Shown piece by piece: positions 39,240 to 48,614 of a stretch of DNA of 64,000 nt (position 1 is its first letter; the number at the start of each line of letters is the position of its first letter). This DNA comes from an uncultured bacterium (GTDB lineage: Bacteria > UBP14 > UBA6098): the NCBI GenBank assembly GCA_964459995.1, contig CAYWOR010000001.1, positions 79,496-143,495 of the forward strand. The letters are read 5' to 3'. Position numbers and translations under genes: made by a program. The notes beneath the pieces are model-generated. The model searched no databases, was not told the DNA's origin, and was given only the letters and a program-made list of their open reading frames with translations.

Positions 39240-40600
39240 TTATGCAAAGCCTCTCCGAGAGCATCGAGAGCGGATTCTTTCAGAATTTCGCCGAAAGTAG
39301 GATGGGCAATAATCGTGTTTCGCCAATCATCGATTTTAATGCGGTGGGTTACGGATAAACTCGCCGCTGTGAGCATCTCAGAAGCACCTCTGCCCGCAAT
39401 ATGTATGCCAACGATGACATCGTCGCCGGTCGCGATAACTTTCGCAAAACCCTCTACTGCAGAGGCGGTTTTCGCCCTTCCGCTGGCCTGATAGGGGAAC
39501 ATCCCGATTTTGACCTCGTCGAATTTCTCCTTCGCCTGCGGTTCAGTTAATCCGACCGTGCCGATTTCCAGCGCGGTAAATGTCGCACCGGGGATGGCAT
39601 GATTGTCTATGTTTTTTCCTGCGCCGAGCATATTCTCGACAGCGATTTCGCCCATCGCGCTGGCCCAATGTGCGAGAAAGGGGTCTCCGCAGACATCGCC
39701 GGCGGCATAGATTCCCTCTCCAGCGGAGAGCTTGGAGTCGATAACAATCGCGCCGCGCTCGATTTTCACACCTGTGGTTTCGATTCCTTCGGGAGGGGTC
39801 GGTGTGCGTCCGACTGCGGCAAGTATTTCCTCCGCTTCGAACCTTTCGCCGCCGGCATAGGCGACAACCCCCTCCGCTGTGCGCTCGATTTTATTTATTG
39901 CGATTCCGGTTCTAAGGGCGACACCCTCTGCGGCAAGCACTTTGGTTATCACTGCGACGATATCGGGGTCGAATCCCGGCAGAATATTCTCCATCACCTC
40001 GATAATTGTAACCTTGCACCCGAAAGTTGCGAAGATATGCGCGAATTCGCAACCGATAACGCCGCCGCCGATTATAATCATGCTGGAGGGCATTTTTTCG
40101 GTGTTTAGGGCATCGGTGGAGTCCCAGACTCCGGAGCCGCTCCAGCCGTCTATTGGAAGCACGCGCGGAACGCTTCCGGTGGCGATAAGCAAGTTATCAT
40201 GCTCGATCTTCTCGCTTGAACCGTCCTTCGCAACCACCTCGACCGTGCCTACTCCGGAAATTTTGCCGATGCCGTCAGCCACGCGGATACCGTTGGTTTT
40301 CATAAGATATTCGATGCCCTTTACGAGCCGTTTGACGACGGTATCCTTTTTGCGGAGCATTCTAAGCCAATCGTGGGAGATTTCGCCCTCGAAGACCTTG
40401 TCCTTGGCCGCGTTGTGGAGGTCGTGCAAAGCCTCGGCATAGTGAAAATATGTTTTTGTGGGGATACATCCGCGGTTTGTGCAGACTCCACCGAGGGAGT
40501 CCTTTTCGACGAGAGTAACATCCGCGCCCAGTTGGGTGGCTCTAATCGCGGCGACATAGCCTGCAGGCCCGCCGCCGAGTATTGTTATTCTTTTTGCCAT
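39236..40600 (-). CDS. lpd: Dihydrolipoyl dehydrogenase family flavoprotein disulfide reductase
   Basis: GGGPAGY FAD motif, redox-active GGVCTNRGCIPTK, IIGGGVIGCEFA NAD motif, C-terminal AHPTFGE; no E1/E2 genes adjacent. Confidence 0.75.
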   Translation of the reverse strand: MAKRITILGGGPAGYVAAIRATQLGADVTLVEKDSLGGVCTNRGCIPTKTYFHYAEALHDLHNAAKDKVFEGEISHDWLRMLRKKDTVVKRLVKGIEYLMKTNGIRVADGIGKISGVGTVEVVAKDGSSEKIEHDNLLIATGSVPRVLPIDGWSGSGVWDSTDALNTEKMPSSMIIIGGGVIGCEFAHIFATFGCKVTIIEVMENILPGFDPDIVAVITKVLAAEGVALRTGIAINKIERTAEGVVAYAGGERFEAEEILAAVGRTPTPPEGIETTGVKIERGAIVIDSKLSAGEGIYAAGDVCGDPFLAHWASAMGEIAVENMLGAGKNIDNHAIPGATFTALEIGTVGLTEPQAKEKFDEVKIGMFPYQASGRAKTASAVEGFAKVIATGDDVIVGIHIAGRGASEMLTAASLSVTHRIKIDDWRNTIIAHPTFGEILKESALDALGEALHK

Positions 40601-40683
40601 CGTTCTCCTTAGAGCAAATTAACTTTTCATTATAAACCATATTGCGCCGATGTCAAAGAAAAATCGAAAAGCTAAGATAATCA

Positions 40684-40718
40684 TTGATAATGGGCGAAGA
40701 AAAAGATAATTTAGCGAT
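40684..40718 (+). promoter_or_regulatory. Sigma70-like promoter upstream of tsaD with -10 element 7-8 nt from the ATG (possible leaderless transcript)
   Basis: TTGATA (40684-40689), 15-16 nt spacer, GATAAT/ATAATT (40705-40711), 7-8 nt, ATG at 40719. Confidence 0.4.
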
Positions 40719-41720
40719 ATGAAAGTATTAGGGATAGAAACATCCTGCGACGATTCAGCGGTCGGCATTGTCGATAGCGGAAAAGTTCTCGCCAGCGTGG
40801 TGCATACGCAACAGGTTCACGCAAAATGGGGTGGCGTAATTCCGGAGCTTGCCAGCCGAGACCATGTGCGCACGATAATTCCGGTTATCCGCGAAGCGCT
40901 CAGCATTTCCGGCCTTTCGATTTCCGATATCGAGGGGATTTCGGCATGCAGAGGGCCTGGGCTTTTAGGGTCGCTTTTGGTTGGGCTTTGCGTTGGAAAA
41001 TCGATGGCTTACGGTCTTGGAATACCCTTTGTAGGAGTGCATCATCTCGAGGGGCATCTTCTCGCGGCGCAAATTGGCGCGCATATCGAACCGCCCTATC
41101 TCGCGCTGATTGTAAGCGGAGGTCATTCGCACATCTACGAAGTTCCGGAAGCCGGCAATTATATTCTAATCGGAAAGACCCGCGACGACGCCGCCGGAGA
41201 GGCATTCGACAAAGGAGCGAAACTTTTGCGTTTGCCCTATCCGGGAGGCCCCTCGATTCAAAATGCGGCGACAGGCGGGAATCCTTCCGCCTTCGATTTT
41301 CCTCGTGCGATGCAGATTTCCGGCGAGACCGATATGTCATTCAGCGGGCTTAAAACCGCGCTTTTGCTCGAGGTCGAGAAGCACGGCGAATCCGCGATCG
41401 AGGGTATGACCGCTAATCTTGCCGCGAGTTATCAGGAAGCCATTGTCGATGCGCTCATATGGAAGCTTAACGAGGCGGCGGAAAAGACCGGCCATCGGAA
41501 AATAGCAGTGGTTGGCGGTGTTTCCGCCAATGCGAGGTTTAGAGAAAAGCTCGGGGAATTCGGCGATAGGAAGGGTTGGGATATCGCACTTCCGCCGATG
41601 GCATTTTGCACTGATAACGGCGCTATGATAGCCGCGGCGGGGGAGTTCAGGTTTCTTCGCGGGGAGGAATCGCCACAAGACATAACGGCGGTCAGCAGAT
41701 GGCCGCTGGAAGACCTTTAG
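40719..41720 (+). CDS. tsaD: tRNA N6-adenosine threonylcarbamoyltransferase TsaD (Kae1/Gcp)
   Basis: MKVLGIETSCDDSAVGIV, metal-binding HHLEGH, SGGHSH, GGVSAN. Confidence 0.9.
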   Translation: MKVLGIETSCDDSAVGIVDSGKVLASVVHTQQVHAKWGGVIPELASRDHVRTIIPVIREALSISGLSISDIEGISACRGPGLLGSLLVGLCVGKSMAYGLGIPFVGVHHLEGHLLAAQIGAHIEPPYLALIVSGGHSHIYEVPEAGNYILIGKTRDDAAGEAFDKGAKLLRLPYPGGPSIQNAATGGNPSAFDFPRAMQISGETDMSFSGLKTALLLEVEKHGESAIEGMTANLAASYQEAIVDALIWKLNEAAEKTGHRKIAVVGGVSANARFREKLGEFGDRKGWDIALPPMAFCTDNGAMIAAAGEFRFLRGEESPQDITAVSRWPLEDL

Positions 41721-41729
41721 GAGAAGATT

Positions 41730-42632
41730 ATGCTCGAACAGACGGTAAATTATCTCAAGGAAACAGGGATCGAAGATGTAATCCAAAGCGTTAAAGGCTA
41801 TTGCCGGGCGGTTGGCGTGAAAATGCCGGAAAAGGCTGGTGTGAAATTAGAACTTGCGAGGCGCATGGTGCTTCCCAATCCCGGTCTTGACGAGTTTCAA
41901 GCACTTTCGGTGAGCGAATTGCAGGTAATAAAGCGGACGGTTCAGCGTGCAGAGGAGCTTCGCGAATATGGCGAGAGACTTGCCGCCTTCAGAGCGCTTA
42001 TCGCCGATTGCGAAAACCATGTTCCAGACCAGAAACTCAGCCTCGTAGCGAAAGACCTCGCGATGAGGTTCCAGCCGGAACTTCTTTTGGGCGATTCTCT
42101 CTCTCCTTACGCCCTCGATGCGAGGTGCGAGAATTTCGCAAATGATTATCAATCATGTTATATCGCTTTCCACAACAGTTGGCATGACGAGAAGCGCAAA
42201 AATACGGCGCGAGTCGAAAAAATCGCCACATTGGCCTTAGCACTCGATACGCTCGACACGTTGATGGGTGTGGATGTTCCGCGTCAGAATAGACGAAAGC
42301 ATGAACTTTCCGCTCTGCAGAATTTGTGTTCCTGCGAAGACCTCGGTTCACACCAAATAGGCTATGCCGCATTTTGTCCAAATTGCGGCCTTAAGTTTGG
42401 CGAGGTCTATGATTGGGTGAATCTGCCCAGATTCGAGGCCGAAGTTCGAAGACAATTGGAGGAGCATCAGGCAAAGCTCGCGCGAAGACTCGCGGACGAC
42501 CTCATTAAGCGAGTGCCGGATGACCCGCTTACCGGAATAGTCGAGGCGATTTCCGTGAGCGATTTGTCCAAGCTTCCGAACATTCTTACCGACGATGTGG
42601 TCGAAGCGCTTAGGAAGATATTAGGCAAATGA
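41730..42632 (+). CDS. Hypothetical protein (300 aa, soluble, Cys-containing)
   Basis: No recognisable family by eye; possible zinc-ribbon-like CSCED...CPNCG; 10 nt after tsaD stop. Confidence 0.45.
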   Translation: MLEQTVNYLKETGIEDVIQSVKGYCRAVGVKMPEKAGVKLELARRMVLPNPGLDEFQALSVSELQVIKRTVQRAEELREYGERLAAFRALIADCENHVPDQKLSLVAKDLAMRFQPELLLGDSLSPYALDARCENFANDYQSCYIAFHNSWHDEKRKNTARVEKIATLALALDTLDTLMGVDVPRQNRRKHELSALQNLCSCEDLGSHQIGYAAFCPNCGLKFGEVYDWVNLPRFEAEVRRQLEEHQAKLARRLADDLIKRVPDDPLTGIVEAISVSDLSKLPNILTDDVVEALRKILGK

Positions 42633-42703
42633 GTGCAATAGTTGCGTTTCGACCTTTTTTGGACGAAATCTTTCGGCATATCTCGACTTCGATTATGAAA
42701 TCC

Positions 42704-42738
42704 TTGACCAAAGGGTGTTCGTCTATTAAGTTATATTT
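42704..42738 (+). promoter_or_regulatory. Sigma70-like promoter upstream of ftsE with -10 region adjacent to the ATG (possible leaderless transcript)
   Basis: TTGACC (42704-42709), 17-nt spacer, TAAGTT (42727-42732; weak), 6 nt, ATG at 42739. Confidence 0.3.
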
Positions 42739-43422
42739 ATGGCTATCCTCGAAGTAAAAAGCGTAACGAAATCTTACGGCAAAGGCTGGACAGCTCTTTC
42801 GCGTGTCGATTTTTCTCTGCGCGAGGGGGAGTTCGTTTTTCTTGTGGGGTCTTCCGGGGCTGGCAAAAGCACCTTGTTGTCGCTTATCACCATGGAGGAG
42901 CGTCCGGATTCGGGAAAGGTTGCTGTCGCCGGTTTCGATTCCGAGACGATAAAAAACGAGGAAATCCCGTTGTTGAGACGGAAAATAGGGGTTGTTTTTC
43001 AGGATTTCCGACTTCTTCGAGAGATGACCGCATGGGAGAACATCGCATTTGCCCTCAAGGTAACCGGCCAACCGCGTAAATATATCAAAAAGCGAGTTTT
43101 CGAGCTTCTATCGATGGTCGGGCTTACACACAAAGCGCAGTCTTATCCTCATGAGCTTTCGGGCGGCGAAAAACAGAGAATCGCTGTTGCAAGAGCTTTG
43201 GCGAATAACCCGCTTCTTTTGCTTGCCGACGAGCCTACCGGCAATCTCGATCCTCGCGCTACAGACGAGCTTTTAGAGCTGTTTTTCGAGATTAATATGC
43301 AGGGGACTGCGGTTTTTATGGCGACACACAACACCGCACTTATCGATCTATCGCCAAAGAGGGTGCTGGAGCTGGAAAACGGAGTCCTTGTGGGCGACAG
43401 GTCGGCGGGGGCGGCATTGTGA
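42739..43422 (+). CDS. ftsE: Cell division ATP-binding protein FtsE
   Basis: Walker A GSSGAGKST, ABC signature LSGGEKQRIA, Walker B LLLADEPTGNLD; followed by ftsX with 4-nt overlap. Confidence 0.85.
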   Translation: MAILEVKSVTKSYGKGWTALSRVDFSLREGEFVFLVGSSGAGKSTLLSLITMEERPDSGKVAVAGFDSETIKNEEIPLLRRKIGVVFQDFRLLREMTAWENIAFALKVTGQPRKYIKKRVFELLSMVGLTHKAQSYPHELSGGEKQRIAVARALANNPLLLLADEPTGNLDPRATDELLELFFEINMQGTAVFMATHNTALIDLSPKRVLELENGVLVGDRSAGAAL

Positions 43423-44276
43423 GGGCATTTTTCTACGCATTAGGCCAAGCGCTGTCCTCATTTTGGAGGCGGAGTTTTGTAACCTTTTTGTCGATCACAA
43501 CAATAACCATCGCGCTTGTGATTCTTGGTGCTTTTGCGATTGTAACATTAAATCTTCGAAGCACATTGGGAAGTTTGAAGCGCAAGGTTCATCTCGAGTT
43601 TTATCTTCGTGACGGCGCCACCAAAGCTGATGCGACAGGGTTTATCGCTATGCTCGAAACCGAGGAGGGTGTCGAGTCGGTGGAGTTTGTTACCGCCGAA
43701 AAGGCTCGTATCGAATTTATAGAGGAATATGGCGAAGACCTTCTGCGCGGTCTTCCGAAGAATCCCTTCCCGCCGTCGGTGCGTGTGAGATTATCGCAGG
43801 CATTGACAATGGGCGAGGCTGTTACAAAATTGGCGGACAAATACTCGAAAGAGAGCATTGTCGCCGAGCTTTCCGCACCTAATCGTATTGCCTATAGGCT
43901 TGCCAAGTTGAGCGGGATATCCCTTATATTGACTGTTGGCTGGGGCATAATCTTGCTTTTTGCCGCAACAATTATTATCACAAATACTGTCAGATTAGCA
44001 ATAGCTCAGCGTGCCGACAGCATAGCAATTATGCAACTTGTAGGCGCTTCGAACAGTTTCATTCGTATGCCCTTCATTTTCGAGGGGGTTCTTCATGGTG
44101 CGGCTTCAGGCGGGCTTGCATGGCTTATTATTTGGGGTCTAACTGAGGCTTCGGCCTACATCCTTCCCGAAATCGTGCGTCTTCCTATATTAATCCATAT
44201 TGCGATAGTCCTTCTCGGTGGCGCTTTCGGCGGTGTCGGAAGTCTTATCGCTCTTCGGAAATATCTTCGATATTAG
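43419..44276 (+). CDS. ftsX: Cell division permease FtsX
   Basis: Four-TM topology with periplasmic loop; immediately downstream of ftsE. Confidence 0.75.
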   Translation: MRAFFYALGQALSSFWRRSFVTFLSITTITIALVILGAFAIVTLNLRSTLGSLKRKVHLEFYLRDGATKADATGFIAMLETEEGVESVEFVTAEKARIEFIEEYGEDLLRGLPKNPFPPSVRVRLSQALTMGEAVTKLADKYSKESIVAELSAPNRIAYRLAKLSGISLILTVGWGIILLFAATIIITNTVRLAIAQRADSIAIMQLVGASNSFIRMPFIFEGVLHGAASGGLAWLIIWGLTEASAYILPEIVRLPILIHIAIVLLGGAFGGVGSLIALRKYLRY

Positions 44277-44369
44277 ATATTCTGGAAATTTAAATATCCG
44301 GTGAGTAGGTTCAAAACTTAACCGCCAATCGTGAGGGCGACGCCCCCCTTTCGCGCAGACGACTTTCGA

Positions 44370-44906
44370 TTACATCTCTGCGGATTTGATGATTGCAATG
44401 ACCTCGCCGGGCTGTTCGGCGGAGCGAAGACGTTCGAGCGTTTCCTCGAAACGAAGAATTGTTGCGATTTTTGGCCAGAGACGGTTGTAGATCGCATCGT
44501 CGTATGTTGGAGCGACCATTATTAGAAAAAGATCGACCGGAATACCGTCGGAAGCCTCCCAATCGATTGGATAATCTGTTCGTGCGAATCCGATGGCGAT
44601 ATCGCGGACATGCTCGCTTCGGACATGCGGCACTGCGATTCCGCGCCCGAGACAGGTCGGAGCTTTGCGTTCGCGGAAGATGAGGTCATTATATAATCTA
44701 CCCTGATGCTGAATCACCTCGGAGGGCAATATCAGGTCGATAAGCTCGGCGATTATTTGCTCGCGCATATCACGCGGCGATGGAAGACAGGGCTCTTCGT
44801 CGGGGGGAGTGCATTCGATGATTTCCTGCCAAGCCATCGGTGCCTGAAGCTGAAGCCGGATATTGTCCACACCTATTATTCGCGATATTCTCGATTCCTT
44901 AGCCAT
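44370..44906 (-). CDS. ptsN: PTS EIIA type-2 domain protein (PtsN-like regulator)
   Basis: Active-site GIAVPHVR motif; start chosen at MAKESRISRIIG. Confidence 0.6.
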   Translation of the reverse strand: MAKESRISRIIGVDNIRLQLQAPMAWQEIIECTPPDEEPCLPSPRDMREQIIAELIDLILPSEVIQHQGRLYNDLIFRERKAPTCLGRGIAVPHVRSEHVRDIAIGFARTDYPIDWEASDGIPVDLFLIMVAPTYDDAIYNRLWPKIATILRFEETLERLRSAEQPGEVIAIIKSAEM

Positions 44907-46167
44907 CTTCGCTCTTAAGCCTCCGCGCAAGCATTTCGCTTGCGGTTATAAATTCGATTCCCCATTTTTCCAAATCCGGGAGGACACGTTTTATTGCAAT
45001 CAAAGTATTTGGGCGGGCATGGCCGACAATCAGGACACCGTCTTCGGATTCTCGGCTTGACATTGCAAGCTCTATGAATTTCTGCGCGATAGCCGAGGTG
45101 TCGTCAACTACATCGATGTTGCCATTTTGACAAGTTGTGGGAATACTAAAGCCTTGCATTGTCTTCATTGCGCATGTGTATGGTGTTGTTCTGCTGTCGA
45201 TGAAGAACAGGCCGGAGTCTTTTAACGCCTTGGCCACATTTTCCATTGTTTGCGCATCGGCAGTGGCTTTGCTTCCCATATGATTGTTCATTCCAACCGC
45301 GCTGGGAACCTGCTCGACAGCCTCCCGAACACGCTTTTGAATCTCCGCCGGCGGAAGTTTGATATAAACCGCCTTTGGGCCGGGGTCGTTTTTTGGGTAT
45401 GCCTCAGGCTCCATCGGCATATGCACAATCGTCTCTATACCCCTATTCGCAAGCGCTTCCGCGGATTTTTTTGTGTGTTTCTCGAAAGGAATAATCGCGG
45501 CTGTGAAAGGAATCGGAAGGTCGAGAAACCCCTTTATCAAATCGAAATCAATATCGCCGAAATCGTCGATTACAAGCGCGACAGTGCCGGTTAAAGGCTT
45601 GTCGGAAAGCTCTCTGCGAAGAGTGATTTTCCGCATCACGATATCGCCAATTCCCGCAGAAATAACAACCTCCCTGCCGTAACGTGTCTCGACCGCATCG
45701 ACAATATCTCCTCCGGCCTCGCGCCACGCCGCCTGAATAGTGTGATTCGCCATTCCAAGCGGAAAAGCTCTGCTTATATTGGCCGTGATATCGATAGCGT
45801 TGCCGCCGATTCCCCCAAGTTTCGCGCCTGTGCGAATTCTAAGCTTGTTTCGCGGCGCGCCGAGTCTCGCCAAAGCTCGATACAGCGATGTGTCGAGTAA
45901 CTCTTCGGTAGCTTCGGGGTAAATCGGCTTTCGGACAGCCGTTTCGCCATATTCTGTATGTTGAACTGCCGCAGAGTCGCCTTGCGAGGGCGGAGGCGGA
46001 GGTGGAGTCTCGGCGATAACCGTTTCTTCACGATGCGGAAGACTTTTCACGATAAAATAAACCACTCCCGTCAAAATCACCAACGCGAAAAAAATTGTTA
46101 AGCCGATACCGACTCCACGTGGTGGTGTCTTTGAGATACGTCTTTTTCTATGAAGCGTGTCCGCCAT
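44899..46167 (-). CDS. Divergent polysaccharide deacetylase family protein (YibQ-like)
   Basis: N-terminal TM anchor, Pro-rich linker, C-terminal domain with ALVIDDFG, HMPME, NNHMGS motifs. Confidence 0.6.
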   Translation of the reverse strand: MADTLHRKRRISKTPPRGVGIGLTIFFALVILTGVVYFIVKSLPHREETVIAETPPPPPPSQGDSAAVQHTEYGETAVRKPIYPEATEELLDTSLYRALARLGAPRNKLRIRTGAKLGGIGGNAIDITANISRAFPLGMANHTIQAAWREAGGDIVDAVETRYGREVVISAGIGDIVMRKITLRRELSDKPLTGTVALVIDDFGDIDFDLIKGFLDLPIPFTAAIIPFEKHTKKSAEALANRGIETIVHMPMEPEAYPKNDPGPKAVYIKLPPAEIQKRVREAVEQVPSAVGMNNHMGSKATADAQTMENVAKALKDSGLFFIDSRTTPYTCAMKTMQGFSIPTTCQNGNIDVVDDTSAIAQKFIELAMSSRESEDGVLIVGHARPNTLIAIKRVLPDLEKWGIEFITASEMLARRLKSEDG

Positions 46168-46170
46168 TCG

Positions 46171-47121
46171 TCAATTACCCGTTTCGAAATAGAAACCCAT
46201 TCCGGGATTTCTCTTGAATCCATATTTCATAACTACTTGTGCCGCAGTTTCGACCGAGCCGGAGTCTGTATCCGACCGCACAACTCCGACCGCCCGGCTC
46301 ATCGTGGCCGCAGTATCGGGCATATCCCCGAAAAAGACGACGAAACCGCCATTCGGAACCGAGTCGATAATTACATATAATAATTCAGCGGAGAGTTCTT
46401 TGTCAACCAAAGTTTCGAAATATAGCACCGAAGTCGAATCACCCGATAAGTAAATATGTTCGAGTTTGTGCGGATCGATAACCTCGAAGGCTTCACCCGA
46501 AGGCTTTTGCATCGATGTTATTATTGCGCTCGTGCCGATAAAAATAAACCATCCTGCGACGATAATAGCCAGAATTTTCGCGGCAACACGAAAAAACTTC
46601 ATCCTTCCAAGTTCACCGAAAAGGCTTAATGGTAGGAAAAAGACCGATGTGCCAGCAAAAAATGCCGCAAAAAAGAGCGCTCCGTAGATAGCCCCACCGC
46701 TTTCGAAAGCCCTTCCTGCGGCAATCAGAAAGGCGGGGCAGGGATTGAGACCGAGAATAAGCCCGAAAAGAATCGGGTGTGAAAGGAACTTTCCGCGCTT
46801 TTTGGCGGCGCAGTCATGTTCGATATGCCTTTTACGAAGGGCGTTGTAGATTATCAAAATAGCGAGGACGATATAAACCGCGCCCATCGCTGGTGTTTTG
46901 TGAGAATGATGAACATGTCCGCCAAGCGCGCCCGCAATCGCCCCAAAAGATATGTAGCCGATGAATTTGCCCGCGAGAAACCACAGAATTGTTGCGAAAT
47001 TGTTTCTAAGACGTCTTTCCTCTAAGAAGAGATAGGGCAAAATCACCGGCATGCAGGTTCCGAGGCATGACATACCAAGAGACAGCCCCAAAAAAAAGCC
47101 CTCTCCGGCGGAAGCGACCAT
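46171..47121 (-). CDS. CcdA/DsbD-like membrane protein with C-terminal soluble domain
   Basis: TM1 GMSCLGTCMPVILPY and TM4 GLNPCPAF resemble DsbD/CcdA Cys motifs; about 110-aa C-terminal extension of unknown function. Confidence 0.45.
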   Translation of the reverse strand: MVASAGEGFFLGLSLGMSCLGTCMPVILPYLFLEERRLRNNFATILWFLAGKFIGYISFGAIAGALGGHVHHSHKTPAMGAVYIVLAILIIYNALRKRHIEHDCAAKKRGKFLSHPILFGLILGLNPCPAFLIAAGRAFESGGAIYGALFFAAFFAGTSVFFLPLSLFGELGRMKFFRVAAKILAIIVAGWFIFIGTSAIITSMQKPSGEAFEVIDPHKLEHIYLSGDSTSVLYFETLVDKELSAELLYVIIDSVPNGGFVVFFGDMPDTAATMSRAVGVVRSDTDSGSVETAAQVVMKYGFKRNPGMGFYFETGN

Positions 47122-47591
47122 CAGCTATCCTTTTCCTCGGGGATGAAAATCGCGCCTGTGGGGCATATAAGAACACACGCTCCGCAACGGACACATTTTT
47201 CGGTGTCGATTACCGGCTTCGCATCGACCATCGATATTGCTTTGACCGGGCAGACTCTTGCGCATTCGCCGCAGGAGACACATTGCGCCGAATCGAGCAC
47301 GGGAAAACTCGTGATCTCGAGTTCGGAGCCGGCGGAGTCGAATTGTCCATAGACTGGATAGATAACTTTAATAGGACAAACCTTCTCGCAAACGCCGCAG
47401 GAAATGCACTTCCCCGGGTCGATAACGGCTTTTCTATTCTCCATTGTAATAGCCTTTGTTGGGCAGTGAATCGTGCATTTGCCGCAACCGATACATTTTA
47501 CGGTGTCCACTCGGTAGAACAAAACGCTTCCGACCGAAAGGGCTATTACTGCGAATAAAGCTAATATTGCGATTATAAAACGTGATTTCAT
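47121..47591 (-). CDS. Membrane-anchored ferredoxin with four 4Fe-4S cluster motifs
   Basis: N-terminal TM helix; four CxxCxxCxxxCP motifs (CIGCGKCTIHCP, CISCGVCEKVCP, CVSCGECARVCP, CVRCGACVLICP). Confidence 0.75.
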   Translation of the reverse strand: MKSRFIIAILALFAVIALSVGSVLFYRVDTVKCIGCGKCTIHCPTKAITMENRKAVIDPGKCISCGVCEKVCPIKVIYPVYGQFDSAGSELEITSFPVLDSAQCVSCGECARVCPVKAISMVDAKPVIDTEKCVRCGACVLICPTGAIFIPEEKDS

Positions 47592-47603
47592 TTTAGGCCT
47601 TTC

Positions 47604-48614
47604 TCAGCAAATCCGCGGTAGAGGGGAACCTTCGGGTTGCGCGAGTTTGCGCCTTCCGCCGGATTTTGTTTCGAGAATAACTCCTTGGCCCTTCTCGACA
47701 TGGCCGATTATACACGCGCCTTTGCCGTAGGGGCTTTTTGCGATGGAGTTTAGCAAAGCGCTTGCCGACTTTTCGGGCGCGATGAAAGCCATTCTCCCCT
47801 CGGAAGCCATGAACAGAGGGTCATAGCCAAAAAGCTCACATATATTATGAACGGTGCTTTCGATAGGAATTTCCGCTTCATCGAGGACAAATTTTGTCTG
47901 CGATTGCGAGGCGAGTTCGAGCAGAATTCCGCCGAGACCTCCTCGTGTGGGGTCCCGCATGGCATGGATTTCAGCCGAATCGATGGAGTTTTGAACCATG
48001 GATGCAAGCGGCGCGCAGTCGCTCTCTACGGGGGGGTCGGCCTTCAGATTTTCGCGCAGAGCGATTATCGAGGCGGCATGTTGTGCGATAGGGCCGTTGA
48101 CGATGATGACATCGCCCGGACGGACACTCGCCGGATCGATATTGATGTCGTCGCGAAGAATGCCGATTCCCGATGTCGTGATGTAAATGCCGTCGCCTTT
48201 ACCGCGCTGAACGACCTTCGTATCGCCGCATACGATTGCTATTTCTGCTTCGACGGCGGTTCTCGCCATAGAGCGCACGATTCGTTCGAGAAGTGCTATT
48301 TCGAGACCCTCTTCGAGAATAAATGAGGCAGAGAGCATTGCTGGTTTTGCACCGGAGGCGGATAGATCGTTCACAGTGCCGCAAATTGAGAGTTTGCCTA
48401 TATCGCCGCCGGGAAACTCGATCGGATCGATCACGAAACCGTCTGTTGTGAATGCTATTCGCGATGATGAGACGGCGCAGACCGCGGAATCATTGAGTTT
48501 CGACAGCATCGGATTATCGAAATGGCGCAGAAATAGGTCTCTGACAAGTCGCGTGGTCGCTCTTCCGCCCTCGCCGTCTATTAATCTAATTTTGTTGTGT
48601 ATGTCATTCATCAT
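47604..48614 (-). CDS. hypE: Hydrogenase maturation protein HypE (PurM-like superfamily)
   Basis: Close match along its length to recalled E. coli HypE (FTTDGFVIDP, GGDIGKLSICGT, GDTKVVQRG, RDPTRGG) and the diagnostic C-terminal PRIC. Confidence 0.8.
   Translation of the reverse strand: MMNDIHNKIRLIDGEGGRATTRLVRDLFLRHFDNPMLSKLNDSAVCAVSSSRIAFTTDGFVIDPIEFPGGDIGKLSICGTVNDLSASGAKPAMLSASFILEEGLEIALLERIVRSMARTAVEAEIAIVCGDTKVVQRGKGDGIYITTSGIGILRDDINIDPASVRPGDVIIVNGPIAQHAASIIALRENLKADPPVESDCAPLASMVQNSIDSAEIHAMRDPTRGGLGGILLELASQSQTKFVLDEAEIPIESTVHNICELFGYDPLFMASEGRMAFIAPEKSASALLNSIAKSPYGKGACIIGHVEKGQGVILETKSGGRRKLAQPEGSPLPRIC

Noticed and set aside
47604-48614. Alternative assignment of the HypE-like protein as PurM/ThiL/SelD
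   Set aside because: The C-terminal PRIC and overall similarity to recalled HypE favour HypE over other PurM-superfamily members.
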